Shown one piece after another: positions 60,633 to 64,000 of a stretch of 64,000 nt of DNA. Made by a program: the position numbers and the translations under genes. Source of the DNA: Mustelus asterias (lineage: Eukaryota); NCBI RefSeq assembly GCF_964213995.1, contig NW_027590162.1, positions 186,001 to 250,000 on the forward strand, read 5' to 3'. Below the pieces are notes generated by a model that searched no databases, was not told the origin of the DNA, and was given only the letters and a program-made list of their open reading frames with translations. How positions within the stretch are numbered: the first letter of the stretch is position 1; every line of letters starts with the position of its first letter.

Positions 60633-61354
60633 ATCCCGCAAGAAAATGATTCCTGTCCCGCGGCCCGGCTCATTCTCAATAGAGATAATTTCAAATTCAG
60701 ACTAAAGCAAAACACAGCAGAGGCTGAATTTCATTTGAATTTCACATTTGTTCAATCGCCACTTTCTCTCATAATAAAGATGTCTGGTAGATTCAGTATG
60801 AGACAGTAACACTGGCGGCTAAATACCGCTTTCCAACTTCAATTTTAACACAGGAGATTTCCCCAAACAGCTGCAGTAAGGTATTTGTAAACAGCTGGAA
60901 GCGGATGTGGGTGAGAATGTTCCTGAGGGAGATTCTTCCTCGATTCTTGCTGTGTTTAAGTCGGAATATTACTGACTGGGAATCATAACGGGGCCAGGTT
61001 TTAAACACAAAAGCAAAAAGTCACGAACCGACTCGTTAACTCTCCCTCTTCACAAAAGCTGCCGGAGCTGCTGATTATTTGCAGCATTTTCTGTTTTGAT
61101 TCCATATTTCAAAGCTCCAGGTTTGTGGAAACTCTTGTGTGTGAAGGGCGGCTCTGGAAGGGTTTGTGTGGGGAGCTGTGTTTCGCTTCCATTGTTAATA
61201 AACGGGTTGAAATTGGCGGTTGCAGAAACTGGAGGTGGAGCTGAAAGATCAGGGGCCGTTCTGTGTGTGTGTGTCAGTCCGGCTCTCTCCTCCCTCCCGC
61301 TCTGTGTTTAATCTTCACTCTGTCTCCTCCCCTCTCTGCTCTCACTCCGCCTTT

Positions 61355-61385
61355 CTCAGTCAGGTCGGGGCGGGCTGTATAAAAG
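61355..61385 (+). promoter_or_regulatory. H4 promoter
   Basis: TCAGGTC, GC box GGGGCGGG at 61367, TATAAAA at 61378. Confidence 0.8.
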
Positions 61386-61431
61386 GAGCCTGAAAGATTT
61401 CCTCTCTCATATTGTGCAGAGAACTGAGTGA

Positions 61432-61752
<321 letters not shown>

Positions 61753-61783
61753 ACAACTCGATCCTTTCTCCCGAACACACAAA

Positions 61784-61824
61784 GGCTCTTTTAAGAGCCA
61801 CTCACCGCTTCACAGAGAGAGCAG
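61784..61824 (+). terminator. Histone 3' stem-loop and HDE of H4
   Basis: GGCTCT-TTTA-AGAGCC-ACTCA, then purine-rich AGAGAGAGC. Confidence 0.93.
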
Positions 61825-62987
61825 TGACCTGGGAACGGCAGCTGGGACAGCCTGTTCAGTGTTTGAGATGCATGTTTGTTTTGTTTAGGTTACAGTGCGG
61901 GAATCACCGAATTTAACATTTCATTTGGAGCGGCGATGGGAATTGTTTTTGAAATTTTTAAGTGGATTGTCTGAGCATCCCCCAGTTGACATGTGCCCTC
62001 AGTGAAACGCCACATCACTCCTGTTTAATCACTCAGTGTTTGGATAGAGTTTATAAAAGCTTTCTCTGGAATAGCGGAGTTTAGTAGCAGCAGCCGGTGA
62101 ATCGTTCACTGGAACCAGTCCCAGTTGTGATGCTATTTGCCCCCAGACGGTTGTTTCCTGCACTGAAACTGACGCTTTGTGAAACTGATCAGTTTCCGCT
62201 CAGTCATTCACATTCCCGCAGTTTGAGCCGATCCAACCCCAGCCTGCTTCTGATTGGCCATCCTCTCCGCATTCGCAGCTCTGAACCAATCGCAGAGCAT
62301 CGAATGTGAAGATTGAGCCAATCATTGGCTTCATCTGTCAACCGGCAGAAATTTTGAATTGGGGAAAATGCCGCCAATTTCAGCGCGGGAAAGGGAATTG
62401 AGACAAATTCTTAACCTATTAAAAATAGATTCTCAATTAATATTCTGCTGTAAGATTATTTTACAAAGAGGTTTCATTTGTGAACATTTGTCCGCCACGG
62501 GCGGCAAACGACTCCATTCAGTAATGTCAAACGGGACAAATATGAAGTCACTCTCTGTAACAAACAACAGACTCAACCCCTTTCACACCGGCTTCAGGGA
62601 GACACAGAGAAGCGACTGATTTCTGATCCTTGCCCCCGAAAACGGCAGCGAATGTTACAAACGACAGGAGAGGGGAAATCTGAATGGGCTGGAGAGGAAA
62701 GGGACAGGGATCGAGTGGAACAGCGGGAGATTCTGGGAATGAACAGCCCAGAGAGCGGGGAAATGGTCTAAAGCACGAAGTGCAGGGAGATAGACTTCAA
62801 ATCTTCAATATTTCGAGTAATGTTTATTTTAATAAGGACGGGATAAAGTCTTTTATACAGACGGCTATTTCCTGCATCGAAAACGGCCCAATTTCTGAAA
62901 GGCGCGGTTAACAAAACTACTGAATCAATCAGAACCTGAGTTACAGACATTAATTCGCTGGTCACAGTTTGATTGAAACTTCCTGGG

Positions 62988-63504
<517 letters not shown>

Positions 63505-63533
63505 ACCCCGGCCTCAGCACCAAGTACAACAAC

Positions 63534-63574
63534 GGCTCTTTTAAGAGCCACCAAATCGACAAATGAAAGAGCTG
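63534..63574 (+). terminator. Histone 3' stem-loop and HDE of H3
   Basis: GGCTCT-TTTA-AGAGCC-ACCAA, then GAAAGAGCTG. Confidence 0.95.
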
Positions 63575-64000
63575 CGATCTCCTGTTAACGATTCTCGTGT
63601 TTCAATTCCCAGGACAGAATATTCCCAGGACTCCAATACTGAAACCTCTTAATGTTATAATGAACTCTCCGTTGCATTGAGGTCACTCATATCTCCAAAC
63701 CTTTGATGATTAGAGTAAAAACGATGCCGTTAACAATTCTCCTGCAGTTTAATTTTAGTGGTTTTATTAAACCTGCGATAATTTCAGTTTCCGAGGAATA
63801 ATTCCCCAAATCCACTTTGTCCTCATGTTTCGAGTCGCAGCGTGAGTGACGCAATTTTCAACAGTCAGGAAGCATCTCAAACAGTAACCCACTCACACCG
63901 ATATAACCATTGCAGAAACGCTTGCACATTCGCATAGACAATAATTAACACTTTTCCAGATACAATGACTGGCTCTGAAAACCGATGGGCTGCAGATGAA

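Noticed and set aside
63971-63981. GGCTCTGAAAA as a minus-strand histone stem-loop
   Set aside because: Only half of the hairpin is present; the pairing arm is missing and the window ends.

Overview
Vertebrate DNA, almost certainly from a shark or other elasmobranch: it carries HE1/V-SINE-type and DeuSINE-type SINEs plus CR1, Rex1, L2, Tx1 and Penelope retroelements. Replication-dependent histone genes lie at both ends. H2B then H2A are on the minus strand at the left; H1, H4 and H3.2 are on the plus strand at the right. The four complete genes have 3' stem-loops and downstream elements. The ~57 kb between them holds a 2.4 kb 36-bp minisatellite, many nested retroelements, ten tRNA genes (nine clearly decayed) and two CpG-rich promoter-like islands with no recognisable gene. 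Most notable: (1) a Penelope fragment inserted into, and duplicating, the H2B TATA box; (2) hammerhead ribozyme motifs with covarying stems in the Penelope termini; (3) a Penelope fold-back palindrome centred in the ribozyme stem; (4) a ~385-bp-arm inverted duplication with an AT-rich filler; (5) a ~0.9 kb direct duplication precisely flanking a Tx1 LINE fragment. All calls were made by eye, so repeat boundaries are approximate and family names rest on recalled motifs, not database searches.
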